A program made the translations under genes and the position numbers. Shown here piece after piece: positions 56,267-64,000 of a DNA stretch of 64,000 nucleotides (position 1 is its first letter; every line of letters begins with the position of its first letter). Below the pieces are notes generated by a model, which searched no databases, had not been told where the DNA came from, and was given only the letters and a program-made list of their open reading frames with translations. The stretch comes from Thermodesulfovibrionales bacterium. GTDB lineage: Bacteria > Nitrospirota > Thermodesulfovibrionia > Thermodesulfovibrionales > Dissulfurispiraceae. Location: NCBI GenBank assembly GCA_046350935.1, contig JAXLZK010000010.1, positions 18,569-82,568 of the forward strand, written 5' to 3'.

Positions 56267-56513
56267 GCTCCAGAAAACTTTTGACTCTCTCTTCCGGGAG
56301 CACATGGCATTTCTCCGGGGACATTCTACGACCCTTGATGAGATTAGACGGCATGACCCGGAAATAGCCGAAGAACTCCTCTCTCTTTCACGGGCGATGG
56401 ATGCGGCATGGCTCAGGGAAGACCTTCCGGCCTTCAGGGAGAGTATGCAGCGGCTGGAGACGCGGTATCTTCAGGCGCACAGGTGGATTACAGCAGTCCG
56501 TCTCTTAACCTAA
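56139..56513 (+). CDS. Hypothetical protein of the element
   Basis: ATG 56139 has an AAGGAG SD 9 nt upstream. The track ORF starts at 56088. The first ~40 codons overlap the iterons, which read as repeated R-N dipeptides. The C-terminal part is helical. I recognise no family. Confidence 0.45.
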   Translation: MEQNGIKALALKVIQRNNQRNMNGTEGEIERNKTHNHGTDRGTLQKTFDSLFREHMAFLRGHSTTLDEIRRHDPEIAEELLSLSRAMDAAWLREDLPAFRESMQRLETRYLQAHRWITAVRLLT

Positions 56514-56544
56514 ATTAACCGCAACCACGGTAAACGGAGGAATA

Positions 56545-57135
56545 ATGCGAAAGATTGACGATAGCAAACTTTTAGAAATGATTGAGGACGGTAAATCTCA
56601 AAAAGACTGTGCTGCATTCTTCAATGTCAGTGAACCGGCAATCACGAAACGCTTAAAGAAGCTAAGAGCTTGTGTGCTCCCGGAATCAGTGAAGCGGCTA
56701 ACGGGCAAAGAACAGCGCTTTGTACTCGCTCTTACTCAGGGGAGAACCCAAACGGCGGCAGCAATGGAAGCCTTCGATGTAACGAGCCGTGACAGTGCAA
56801 AAACTATAGGGAGCCGACTTGCTAAAGAGCCGGAAATTAAGGCCGCTATCACGGACCTGCTAAGCATGAAAGGTGCTTCCCCGGGATGGGTGGCGGAGAG
56901 ATTCAAATTCTGGGGGGATGCTCTGGACCCGCAGGCATCACTAAGGGCGGTGGAGAATGTGGCGAAGCTTCACGACCTCTACCCCGCATCCAAGAGCATG
57001 AATATGAACATCGACATGGCAACTCTTGTGAAAGTCGATCTGAGCGAGTACGAGAACCCGGAGCCCATCTCCATACAAGGTGAGACAGGGATTAACTGTC
57101 CTGAAAATTGTAACGCGTCCGAGGAGGAGAAATGA
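56545..57135 (+). CDS. Terminase small-subunit-like DNA-binding protein (extra N-terminal HTH)
   Basis: LTGKEQRFVLALTQGRTQTAAAMEAFDVTSRDSAKTIGSRLAKEPEIKAAITDLL follows the Terminase_2 pattern LT.KQ.rF..eY....N.tqAa..AGYs...A...g.rLl....i..aI. The N-terminal HTH is GKSQKDCAAFFNVSEPAITKRLKKL. Confidence 0.55.
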   Translation: MRKIDDSKLLEMIEDGKSQKDCAAFFNVSEPAITKRLKKLRACVLPESVKRLTGKEQRFVLALTQGRTQTAAAMEAFDVTSRDSAKTIGSRLAKEPEIKAAITDLLSMKGASPGWVAERFKFWGDALDPQASLRAVENVAKLHDLYPASKSMNMNIDMATLVKVDLSEYENPEPISIQGETGINCPENCNASEEEK

Positions 57136-57205
57136 TATTTATTGTCTCCTGGGAGTCCCTGTTGCCCCCTCCCCCCTGGGGCCTGGAGGTTGGAGGTAAA
57201 TAGCA

Positions 57206-57508
57206 TTGAAAATTGAACTCGAAGGGCAAGACATTGAGGCAGTGGCGTTAAGAGTGGTTGAACTCATAAGACCCGCTCTTGCTTTACTCAGTAAGCAAGA
57301 GGATGATACCATCTATGACCCTGAAAGCCTTGCACAGTATCTCAGGGTAGATGTTTCATGGATATACAAGAAAGTATCGCTTAAAGCTATCCCATACTTC
57401 AAAAGCGGGAAATATACAAGGTTCAGGAAGTCCGCAATAGATAAATGGATCGAGATGCAGACGGTGAAGCCAGTCCACTTTATAAAGCAGGGAAAAGGGC
57501 AGGGGTGA
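57206..57508 (+). CDS. Excisionase/AlpA-like helix-turn-helix protein
   Basis: The gene uses a TTG start. The C-terminal half SLAQYLRVDVSWIYKKVSLKAIPYFKSGKYTRFRKSAIDKWIE matches the HTH_17/excisionase pattern. Confidence 0.6.
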   Translation: MKIELEGQDIEAVALRVVELIRPALALLSKQEDDTIYDPESLAQYLRVDVSWIYKKVSLKAIPYFKSGKYTRFRKSAIDKWIEMQTVKPVHFIKQGKGQG

Positions 57509-57602
57509 GCACTTGATAATATATCATGAAACCTTGGGAAAAAATAATAACAAATCAGTACCATTTAGTCACCTGTATAGTGAATTGTATACTTCATTCA
57601 TC

Positions 57603-57632
57603 TTGACAACATCTAACTTAGTTAGGCATAAT
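57603..57632 (+). promoter_or_regulatory. Promoter with embedded palindromic operator, giving a leaderless XRE transcript
   Basis: TTGACA (57603-08), an 18-nt spacer, then CATAAT (57627-32). The spacer contains the perfect palindrome CTAACT-T-AGTTAG (57613-25). ATG 57639 lies 6 nt after the -10 and there is no SD. Confidence 0.55.
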
Positions 57633-57638
57633 TTGAAC

Positions 57639-57872
57639 ATGAAGGAATGGACGAAAGAGGAAATCAAACAGTTCAGAGAGTGCCTAGAGCTTTCGCAACC
57701 TGCTTTCGGAAAGCTTATAGGGGTAACAGGGAATTACGTCTATCTAATTGAAAAGGGGGTGAAGAAACCTAGCAGGACATTAGTGCTTTTGCTCAACTGT
57801 ATTGAGGAGAAGGCATCAACAAAGAAAAAGGAAAGGGTGGTAACTAGTTATGGACTGGCAAGAGAAAATTGA
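57639..57872 (+). CDS. XRE/Cro-CI-family HTH regulator
   Basis: MKEWTKEEIKQFRECLELSQPAFGKLIGVTGNYVYLIEKGVKKPSRTLVLLL is an HTH_3 pattern. The track ORF begins at 57513, upstream of the promoter. Confidence 0.75.
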   Translation: MKEWTKEEIKQFRECLELSQPAFGKLIGVTGNYVYLIEKGVKKPSRTLVLLLNCIEEKASTKKKERVVTSYGLAREN

Positions 57873-58062
57873 GGAGCATTTGACGTTGCTGTTGGTCTCC
57901 TTTTTGTTGTCTCGTATATCTTTGAAAGTGTTAGGGGATGGCTGCAAGAGAATCTAGTCCTTGTGCTCTCTACGCTAATTGTAGTAGCCGTTATAGACTT
58001 GAAAAATCACATTGATGGCGCTGCAACGCGGTACTTCTTAAATCATGAAAGGGGAATGAACT

Positions 58063-59173
58063 ATGGCGAAAGGGATATATAAGCGTGGGAGTATTTTCTG
58101 GATTCGCTATGCAGGACTAGACGGAAAGATTGTTTTTGAAACTTCCGGCTCTAATAAGTTTAAAGATGCCGAAACCCTACTTATCAAGCGGAAGAACTCT
58201 ATCAAGGAAGGTAAGCAGCCGGAAATTAAGAAAATAGGGAATCATACCTTTAATGAGCTTGTCGACCAGTACAAGAAATGGGCTGAACGGCAGCGGAGCT
58301 TTAAGAGCAAAGAGTACCTTATAGATCAATTAGCAGAAAATTTCGAAACCTCCCTTTACGGCGCTTCAACACCATGCTTCTTGAACAGTTCCAATCCGAA
58401 CGTTTACAGAAGGGTAAAGAGCGAGAAGTGAAGCCGGGATATAAGCCGATAGCAGTTACAGGGAATAAGCCTGCTACGGTTAACAGGTTTATTGCTACAA
58501 TCTCTCATATGTTCACCAAGGCCGTAGAATGGGACATGGTGGAAGAGAAACATTAAGACGTGTTCGCAAGGTAAAGCTTCTCCTGAGAACAATAAGCGGC
58601 TCCGATATCTCTCAAAAGAGGAATGCCAAACACTGATAGAGAAGTGCGATACACATTTAAAGCCTATCGTCATTACGGCTCTTAATACCGGAATGCGGAA
58701 GAGTGAAATACTTTTCCTCAAATGGGATAACGTAGACCTGAAGCACGGCTTTATCCTACTGGACATAACGAAAAATGGCGAACGTAGAGAGATACCCATC
58801 AATAATACCCTGAAAGCCTTACTACAGAGCATTACACGGCGTTTAGACGTACCTTACGTGTTCTTTGAGCCTTCCACTGGGAAGCCTTACGGTAATGTGA
58901 AAGAAGCTTCAATACGGCCCTGGAGGAATGCAAAGATACGGGACTTTCATTTTCATGACCTACGGCATACCTTCGCATCTCATCTAGTAATGGCGGGAAT
59001 AGACCTTACGACAGTAAAGAACTCTTAGGGCACAAGGATATTAAAATGACCTGAGATATGCCCATCTTGCACCGGCGCATAAGGTGAAAGCTGTAGATAT
59101 TCTAGATAACGCACTGTCTGGAAAGCCAACTATACAAAAAGTATACAATCAGGTGGTTGGTGGAGAATTTTAA
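58063..59173 (+). pseudogene. int: Tyrosine recombinase/integrase of the element, at least four frameshifts
   Basis: - MAKGIYKRGSIFWIRYAGLDGKIVFETSGS.. is the Arm/SAM-like N-terminus, in ORF 58063..58431.
- ..MLLEQFQSERL..NKPATVNRFIATISHMFTKAVEW is in ORF 58374..58556.
- ..ALNTGMRKSEILFLKWDNVDL..FHFHDLRHTFASHLVMAGIDLTTVK is in ORF 58693..59028.
- ..LLGHKDIKMT.RYAHLAPAH..VVGGEF lies in other frames.
The catalytic R, HxxR and Y contexts are all present. Confidence 0.8.
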
Positions 59174-59188
59174 TGGTAGGCAAGTGGT

Positions 59189-59274
<86 letters not shown>

Positions 59275-59294
59275 GTGTGCCCGTGTGAAAGTTA

Positions 59295-59324
59295 AGAATA
59301 TCATCTCCTGCTTGTAGTTGTCAA
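59295..59324 (-). promoter_or_regulatory. Candidate sigma-70 promoter of tRNA-Ala
   Basis: The minus strand reads TTGACA (59324-19), an 18-nt spacer, then TATTCT (59300-295). It lies about 20 nt upstream of the tRNA 5' end. Confidence 0.35.
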
Positions 59325-59409
59325 GAACAATGCCCCTCGTGGTTGCCGAGCATCGAGAGGAGCAGCGAACACGTTGCTCAACCAACATTTATTTTGATAT
59401 AGTGTAATT

Positions 59410-60738
59410 ATGAATAAGCGCATATCTCTTTTCTTGCTTCTCTTTCTGCTGGTTCCTCTTTATGCCGATGCAGCATCCCTTGCTTCTTCCATCAGGGAGT
59501 ATACCCTGCAAAACGGGATGAAAGCGCTCCTTCTGGAGGATCATAAGGCCCCCCTCGTCACTCTGCAGGTTTGGTACAAGGTCGGCTCGGTGGACGAGCC
59601 CATCGGCAGGACCGGCATGAGCCATCTCCTTGAGCACATGATGTTCAAGGGGACCCCCAAGTACGGGTCGAAGGAGTTTTCCGCCATCGTGCAGCGGAAC
59701 GGCGGCATGGACAACGCCTATACCACCAAGGAATACACCGTCTACTTTCAATCCATTGCGTCGGACAGGGCGGGTATTCCCATAGAGCTGGAGTCGGACA
59801 GGATGTCCAACCTCCTGCTGGACCCCAAGGAGATCGTATCAGAGAGGAGCGTGGTGATGGAAGAAAGGCGCATGCGCTATGAGGACGACCCGCAGAACCT
59901 CCTGCACGAAGAAGTGACGGCCATGGCTTTCAGTGCGCATCCCTACCGCTGGCCCGTTATCGGCTGGATGTCCGACATCGCCTCCATCGAAAGGGAGCAG
60001 CTTTACCCCTATTATAAAAAATACTACTCGCCCGATAACGCTTTCATCGTAATAGCAGGAGACATAACTCCGGACGCCGCGCTCCCTCTGCTCGAAAAAA
60101 ACTTCGGAGCCGTTCCGCGCGCTGCAGCCACGCCTTCTGAAGCACCCACAAAGGAACCGAAGCAGCAGGGTGAGAAAAGGCTGGTCATGAAGAAAGAGGC
60201 AGCGGAGCTGCCGTACATCCTGATCGCGTATCATGTCCCTTCCTTTCCCCACGAGGACAACTATGCTCTCGACGTATTGTCCTCCGTCCTTTCGGGAGGA
60301 AAGAGCTCCCGCCTCTACAGGGACCTTGTCTATGAAAAGAGGCTGGCCCTCAGCGCCTTTACAGATTACAGCAGCTTCTACCGGGATCCGTTCTTCTTCG
60401 TCCTCGGGGCCACCGCAGCCCCCGGAAAAGAGATCGAAACAGTAGAAAAGGAGCTGTATGCGGAGATCAGGAGAATCGCAGACGAGCCGCCCACCGGCCG
60501 CGAAGTCCAGAAAGCGAAGAACGACATCGAGGCGTCCTTCATCTTTGCGCAGGATTCGAACTATACGAAGGCCCAGTATGCGGGCATCTTCGAGATGATG
60601 GGGGGCTGGAGACTCATGGACACCTACCTCGAAGGGATCAAAAAGGTCACTCCCGCTGAAGTGCAAGCGGTGGCCAAGAGGTATTTCAGCGATGACAATA
60701 AAACGGTGGGGATACTCCTTCCCCTGAATAAACAGTAA
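59410..60738 (+). CDS. M16-family zinc peptidase (active subunit)
   Basis: A signal peptide is followed by the inverted zinc motif HLLEHMMFKGT (HxxEH). The 442-aa ORF is intact. Confidence 0.85.
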   Translation: MNKRISLFLLLFLLVPLYADAASLASSIREYTLQNGMKALLLEDHKAPLVTLQVWYKVGSVDEPIGRTGMSHLLEHMMFKGTPKYGSKEFSAIVQRNGGMDNAYTTKEYTVYFQSIASDRAGIPIELESDRMSNLLLDPKEIVSERSVVMEERRMRYEDDPQNLLHEEVTAMAFSAHPYRWPVIGWMSDIASIEREQLYPYYKKYYSPDNAFIVIAGDITPDAALPLLEKNFGAVPRAAATPSEAPTKEPKQQGEKRLVMKKEAAELPYILIAYHVPSFPHEDNYALDVLSSVLSGGKSSRLYRDLVYEKRLALSAFTDYSSFYRDPFFFVLGATAAPGKEIETVEKELYAEIRRIADEPPTGREVQKAKNDIEASFIFAQDSNYTKAQYAGIFEMMGGWRLMDTYLEGIKKVTPAEVQAVAKRYFSDDNKTVGILLPLNKQ

Positions 60739-60791
60739 GTTACGATCAAAAACAGCAAGAAGAGCCGGCGCAGGGGAGAGAAGAAGAGCGA

Positions 60792-62183
60792 ATGACGAAC
60801 AGAGGAATGAAAAAGAATAGAAGCATTGCAGGCATTATAAATCTCATCGGGCTTCTGGTGCTCCTGGTCTGTGGGATGCTGCCTGCCGAGGCGTCCGCCC
60901 TCGATGTTAAGAGGCATGCGGCCCAAAACGGCAGCATCGTGCTCCAGGTGGAACGGCACAGCCTTCCCGTGGTCATGGTGACTCTTCTCATCAAGGCCTC
61001 CCCGCTGGACGAACCGCCCGGCAAGGCAGGAGTCGCCAACCTCACCTCGAAGCTCCTCACCGAAGGTACTGCCCGGAGGAGCGCGGCGGACATCAGCGAG
61101 GAAATCGAATTTATCGGGGCCTCCCTTGATGCGTCCACCACCTCCGACTTCACCACCCTTTCCCTTTCCGTCCTGAAAAAGGATGTGGAAAAGGGATTCG
61201 ATCTTTTTGCCGATATCCTGCTGAACCCCGTGTTCAAACAGGAGGAGCTTGTCAGGAAGAAAGAGCTGATAAAGGGGGGCCTGCGGCAGAAAGAGGAAGA
61301 CCCCTCCTTTGTGGCAGGCAAGTCCTTTATAAAAGAGGTGTTCGGCTCTCATCCCTATGGAAGGCTCGTCGAAGGGAGCATCGAAAGCGTTGAGGGGATA
61401 ACCAGAGACGATGTGGTGGCCTTCTACCAGCGCCACTATCTGCCGGGGAATGCCATCCTCTCCGTCGTGGGGGACCTTACCCCGCAGGAACTGGACTCCC
61501 TGATGAAGAAGTATCTTTCCGGATGGAAGGGGAAGCCCCCGACAGGGAGCACTGCTGCTTCAGTAGCCGCAGCCCGGTACCCCCACTATAAAGGGATTCA
61601 GACCGTCGTAATCAACAAGGATGTCACCCAGGCGAACATTGTGTTCGGCAACGTAGCCATCTCACGGGAGAACCCCGACTACTATACCGCGTCCGTCATG
61701 AATTACATCCTCGGGGGAGGAGGATTCGCCTCCCGCCTGATGCGCGTGGTGCGCGATGAGAAGGGGCTGACCTACGGGATCAACAGCGCTTTCATCGCCA
61801 ATAAGGAGCCGGGCCAGTTCGAGGTGGGAGTGCAGACGAAAAATGAATCCGCAGGAGTGGTGATCGAAGAGATTCTCAGGCAGATACGGAGGATCCAGAC
61901 GGAGCCGGTGACGGACCGGGAGCTGGCTGACGCCAAGGCGTATCTGACCGGAAGCTTTCCGCGCAGACTCGAGACCAGCAGGAAGATTGCCGACTTCCTC
62001 ACTGCGGTGCAGTTCTATCGTCTCGGAGATGACTACATCGAGAAATATCCCGGTTATATCAACAGCGTGACGAAGGAAGAGGTGCTGCGGGTCGCACAAA
62101 AATATCTGACGCCGGAAAATGCGGTGCTCGTCGTCGTGGGCAACAAGGACCTCTTACGCCTGCCGCAGCTTCAGGCTCCGTAA
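60792..62183 (+). CDS. M16-family peptidase, non-catalytic partner subunit
   Basis: The fold and length match the upstream gene, but the motif position reads NLTSKLLTEGT, with no HxxEH. This is the typical paired M16B arrangement. Confidence 0.8.
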   Translation: MTNRGMKKNRSIAGIINLIGLLVLLVCGMLPAEASALDVKRHAAQNGSIVLQVERHSLPVVMVTLLIKASPLDEPPGKAGVANLTSKLLTEGTARRSAADISEEIEFIGASLDASTTSDFTTLSLSVLKKDVEKGFDLFADILLNPVFKQEELVRKKELIKGGLRQKEEDPSFVAGKSFIKEVFGSHPYGRLVEGSIESVEGITRDDVVAFYQRHYLPGNAILSVVGDLTPQELDSLMKKYLSGWKGKPPTGSTAASVAAARYPHYKGIQTVVINKDVTQANIVFGNVAISRENPDYYTASVMNYILGGGGFASRLMRVVRDEKGLTYGINSAFIANKEPGQFEVGVQTKNESAGVVIEEILRQIRRIQTEPVTDRELADAKAYLTGSFPRRLETSRKIADFLTAVQFYRLGDDYIEKYPGYINSVTKEEVLRVAQKYLTPENAVLVVVGNKDLLRLPQLQAP

Positions 62184-62867
62184 GATGGACATCAGCTCCG
62201 CAACGGAGAGCTGGCCCGGAGCCGAGGGCATGCCGATATACCCGTAGGTGATGAGGGACCCGAAAAGAGGACTGAATATCCGCGAGGGGAGCCCGATATC
62301 CCCCATCGACATGGTGATCAGCCCTTTCTCCCTGTTTCGCAAGGTGTAGAGCATCAGCCTTGTCACGTCCTCCCTGTCGTTCGGCATGGCGGCGATCTTG
62401 ACGATATCGGCCCCCAGCTCCTTTCCCCGGAAGACAATTTCGTCCAGGGAAGGATCGTCGGGAGTAGCGGTGAAGTTGTGGTAGGAGCCGATCAGGAGTT
62501 TCCGGGAGGCGGCGCACCATTCTTTGACCTCTTTCAGCAGATCCGCGTTGCGCACCTCCACGTCGACCGCATCGGAAAGAGGGACGACCGCCCTGTAGAG
62601 GGAAGCCCGGCCGGATATCTCCTTCCGCCCCCCTTCCGCCGTATCGCGGATCGTGGCAATCACCGGCGTATCGACCCTTTCCCTGACCGCCCTAAAGACT
62701 TCTTCTACACGATCACGGGTGAGGGTGTCGAACATATCCACCCGCAGCTCCAGAATATCCGCGGCATGCAGCAGATCCGGAGGAGTGTTCATGACATCGG
62801 TGTCATTCACCGCACCGGCAACGACAGGGGTCTCCCCCAGCTTAAGAGAGCGCAAATAGAGTTCCAT
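62154..62867 (-). CDS. aroD: Type I 3-dehydroquinate dehydratase
   Basis: ..ADILELRVDMFD..PVIATIRDTAEGG..DAVDVEV..LIGSYHNFTATP..GADIVKIAAMP.. is the AroD type I pattern with the Schiff-base Lys in VKIA. It overlaps the convergent M16 gene by 30 nt. Confidence 0.8.
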   Translation of the reverse strand: MELYLRSLKLGETPVVAGAVNDTDVMNTPPDLLHAADILELRVDMFDTLTRDRVEEVFRAVRERVDTPVIATIRDTAEGGRKEISGRASLYRAVVPLSDAVDVEVRNADLLKEVKEWCAASRKLLIGSYHNFTATPDDPSLDEIVFRGKELGADIVKIAAMPNDREDVTRLMLYTLRNREKGLITMSMGDIGLPSRIFSPLFGSLITYGYIGMPSAPGQLSVAELMSILRSLKLRQA

Positions 62868-62912
62868 ACCTCCACCCGAAAAAAATTCGTTATTATACTC
62901 TTTGAGAAAAGG

Positions 62913-62962
62913 AAAAAACGAACACGGCCGGTTTCAGCAAACCTTCCGGAGCAAACCGGCCG
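62913..62962 (-). terminator. Terminator-like hairpin spanning the U32 stop codon
   Basis: On the minus strand, CGGCCGGTTT and AAACCGGCCG form a 10-bp stem with an 18-nt loop that contains an inner TCCGGA palindrome. The sequence TGTTCGTTTTTTCC follows. Confidence 0.45.
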
Positions 62963-64000
62963 GGGCTTCCCTTTGCTCTGCCTCCCCGGAGGCCTTTTCC
63001 CTCCTGATCAGATCGTTGCTCCTGACCCCCTCGGGTACGGGCATGAGAATGACATCTCCGTTCCGAGCAGTAGACAGGGAAGAGCCCTCCCCGTCCCTCA
63101 TGAATTCTACCCTGAAGCGCTCCTCTTCGATCCCGGGAGACAGGTATTCGATTTCGTCTCCTTCGTCGATGCGGTTTCGCAGGGCGATGCGTGCCATGCC
63201 GCCGTCGATCTCCTTCACCACCCCTACCAGCTCGCGGCTCATCACGTAGCTCTCTCCATCGAAGGTATAAGCGCTGTCGGGCTGCTTTCCGAAATACATT
63301 CCCGTGGTATATCCCCGGTTGCTGAAGAGAGAGAGCTCCCTCAGCCACCTCCGCGGCACCGTGTACGGTTCGCCGGAAGAGAGGGCGTCAACCGCCTCAC
63401 GGTAGGTCTTCACCACTCCTGCAACGTAGTTGATCCCCTTCATCCGCCCCTCGATCTTGAAACTGCTCACGCCGGCCTCTGCAAGCAGGGGCAGGTGCTC
63501 GACCATGCAGAGGTCCCGGGAGCTCATGATATACGTCCCCCGGTCATCCTCGAACACGGGCAAATATTCTCCCGGCCTCTTTTCCTCCATCAGCGTATAG
63601 TTCCACCTGCAGGAGTTGGTGCACTCGCCCCGGTTTGCGCCCCGGGAGGCGAGAAAACTGCTGAGATAGCATCGCCCCGAGTAAGAAACGCAGAGGGAGC
63701 CGTGGACAAAAGCCTCCAGTTCGATCGAGGTGTTCCGGCAGATCTCCCGTATCTCAGCGAGAGAGAGCTCGCGCGCAAGCACCAGCCTCTGTGCGCCGAG
63801 CTCCTCCCAGAAGCGTGCGGATTCCACGTTCGTGACATTGGCCTGGGTGCTGATATGGAGGTCGATTCCCGGGGCCTCCCGCCTGAACATCATGAAGAGG
63901 CCCGGATCGGAGAGAATGACCGCATCAGGCCCGGCCTCCCTGAGCAGTTGGATGTGGTCCCGTATCGCCGGGAGATCCCTGTTATGGGGAAAGATGTTCA
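62934..64000 (-). CDS. U32-family peptidase (5' end beyond the window)
   Basis: ..IDLHISTQANVTNVESARFWEELGAQRLVLARELSLAEIREI..LEAFVHGSLCVSYSGRCYLSSFLASRGANRGECTNSCRW is the U32 signature E-x-F-x2-G-[SA]-[LIVM]-C-x4-G-x-C-x-[LIVM]-S. The frame continues upstream of the track's Met at 63893 (..DAVILSDPGLFMMFRRE) to the window end. Confidence 0.85.
   Translation of the reverse strand, partial: NIFPHNRDLPAIRDHIQLLREAGPDAVILSDPGLFMMFRREAPGIDLHISTQANVTNVESARFWEELGAQRLVLARELSLAEIREICRNTSIELEAFVHGSLCVSYSGRCYLSSFLASRGANRGECTNSCRWNYTLMEEKRPGEYLPVFEDDRGTYIMSSRDLCMVEHLPLLAEAGVSSFKIEGRMKGINYVAGVVKTYREAVDALSSGEPYTVPRRWLRELSLFSNRGYTTGMYFGKQPDSAYTFDGESYVMSRELVGVVKEIDGGMARIALRNRIDEGDEIEYLSPGIEEERFRVEFMRDGEGSSLSTARNGDVILMPVPEGVRSNDLIRREKASGEAEQREAPAGLLRKVC

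Overview
GC-rich bacterial chromosome segment, by eye about 60% or more G+C. The gene content suggests an anaerobic Desulfobacterota/Geobacter-like or Nitrospirota-like organism, but that is an inference only. There are four blocks.

(1) 1-36.8 kb is one co-directional minus-strand exopolysaccharide locus of the PEP-CTERM/exosortase type. Read 5'->3' on the minus strand, it encodes:
- regulators: a PAS histidine kinase, an NtrC-type sigma-54 activator and an Asp-less receiver;
- assembly and export: the PrsT TPR lipoprotein, a priming sugar transferase, a Wza-like exporter, a chain-length determinant, a Tyr autokinase and an ExeA-like ATPase;
- a NusG paralog;
- a CDP-sugar modification block;
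- a Wzm/Wzt ABC exporter;
- two FemAB/CelD-like genes;
- a PIG-L deacetylase and a GT1 glycosyltransferase;
- a large secreted SGNH hydrolase;
- an acyltransferase, a PP-loop protein, a Glu-dehydrogenase-family protein, an AsnB-like amidotransferase and a GT2 glycosyltransferase.
Many genes between 7.9 and 30.5 kb are interrupted by frameshifts, while their neighbours are intact. No exosortase gene is visible.

(2) 37-41 kb holds a B12/radical-SAM gene, a PEP-CTERM-tailed secreted protein, ilvE and a triheme c7-type cytochrome. Sigma-54 promoter matches precede three of them: strong ones upstream of the PEP-CTERM gene and the cytochrome, and a weaker one upstream of the radical-SAM gene.

(3) 41-51.7 kb is housekeeping plus small genes: gatB, gatA, rluD, tRNA-Arg(ACG), small secreted or membrane proteins, a 3D-domain protein, a Crp/Fnr regulator and a decayed sensor kinase.

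(4) 51.9-59.2 kb is a visibly AT-richer ~7.3-kb element integrated in tRNA-Ala(GGC), bounded by ~55-bp direct repeats. It carries a tyrosine integrase (frameshifted), an XRE repressor, an excisionase-like HTH, a CHC2 zinc-finger protein plus a RepA-like ATPase, an iteron array, a small-terminase-like gene and a three-gene cargo of unknown function. There are no virion structural genes, so it looks like a phage-satellite/PICI-like island.

The window ends with two M16 peptidases, aroD and a partial U32 peptidase. Most long plus-strand ORFs on the track opposite these genes are GC-rich shadow ORFs.
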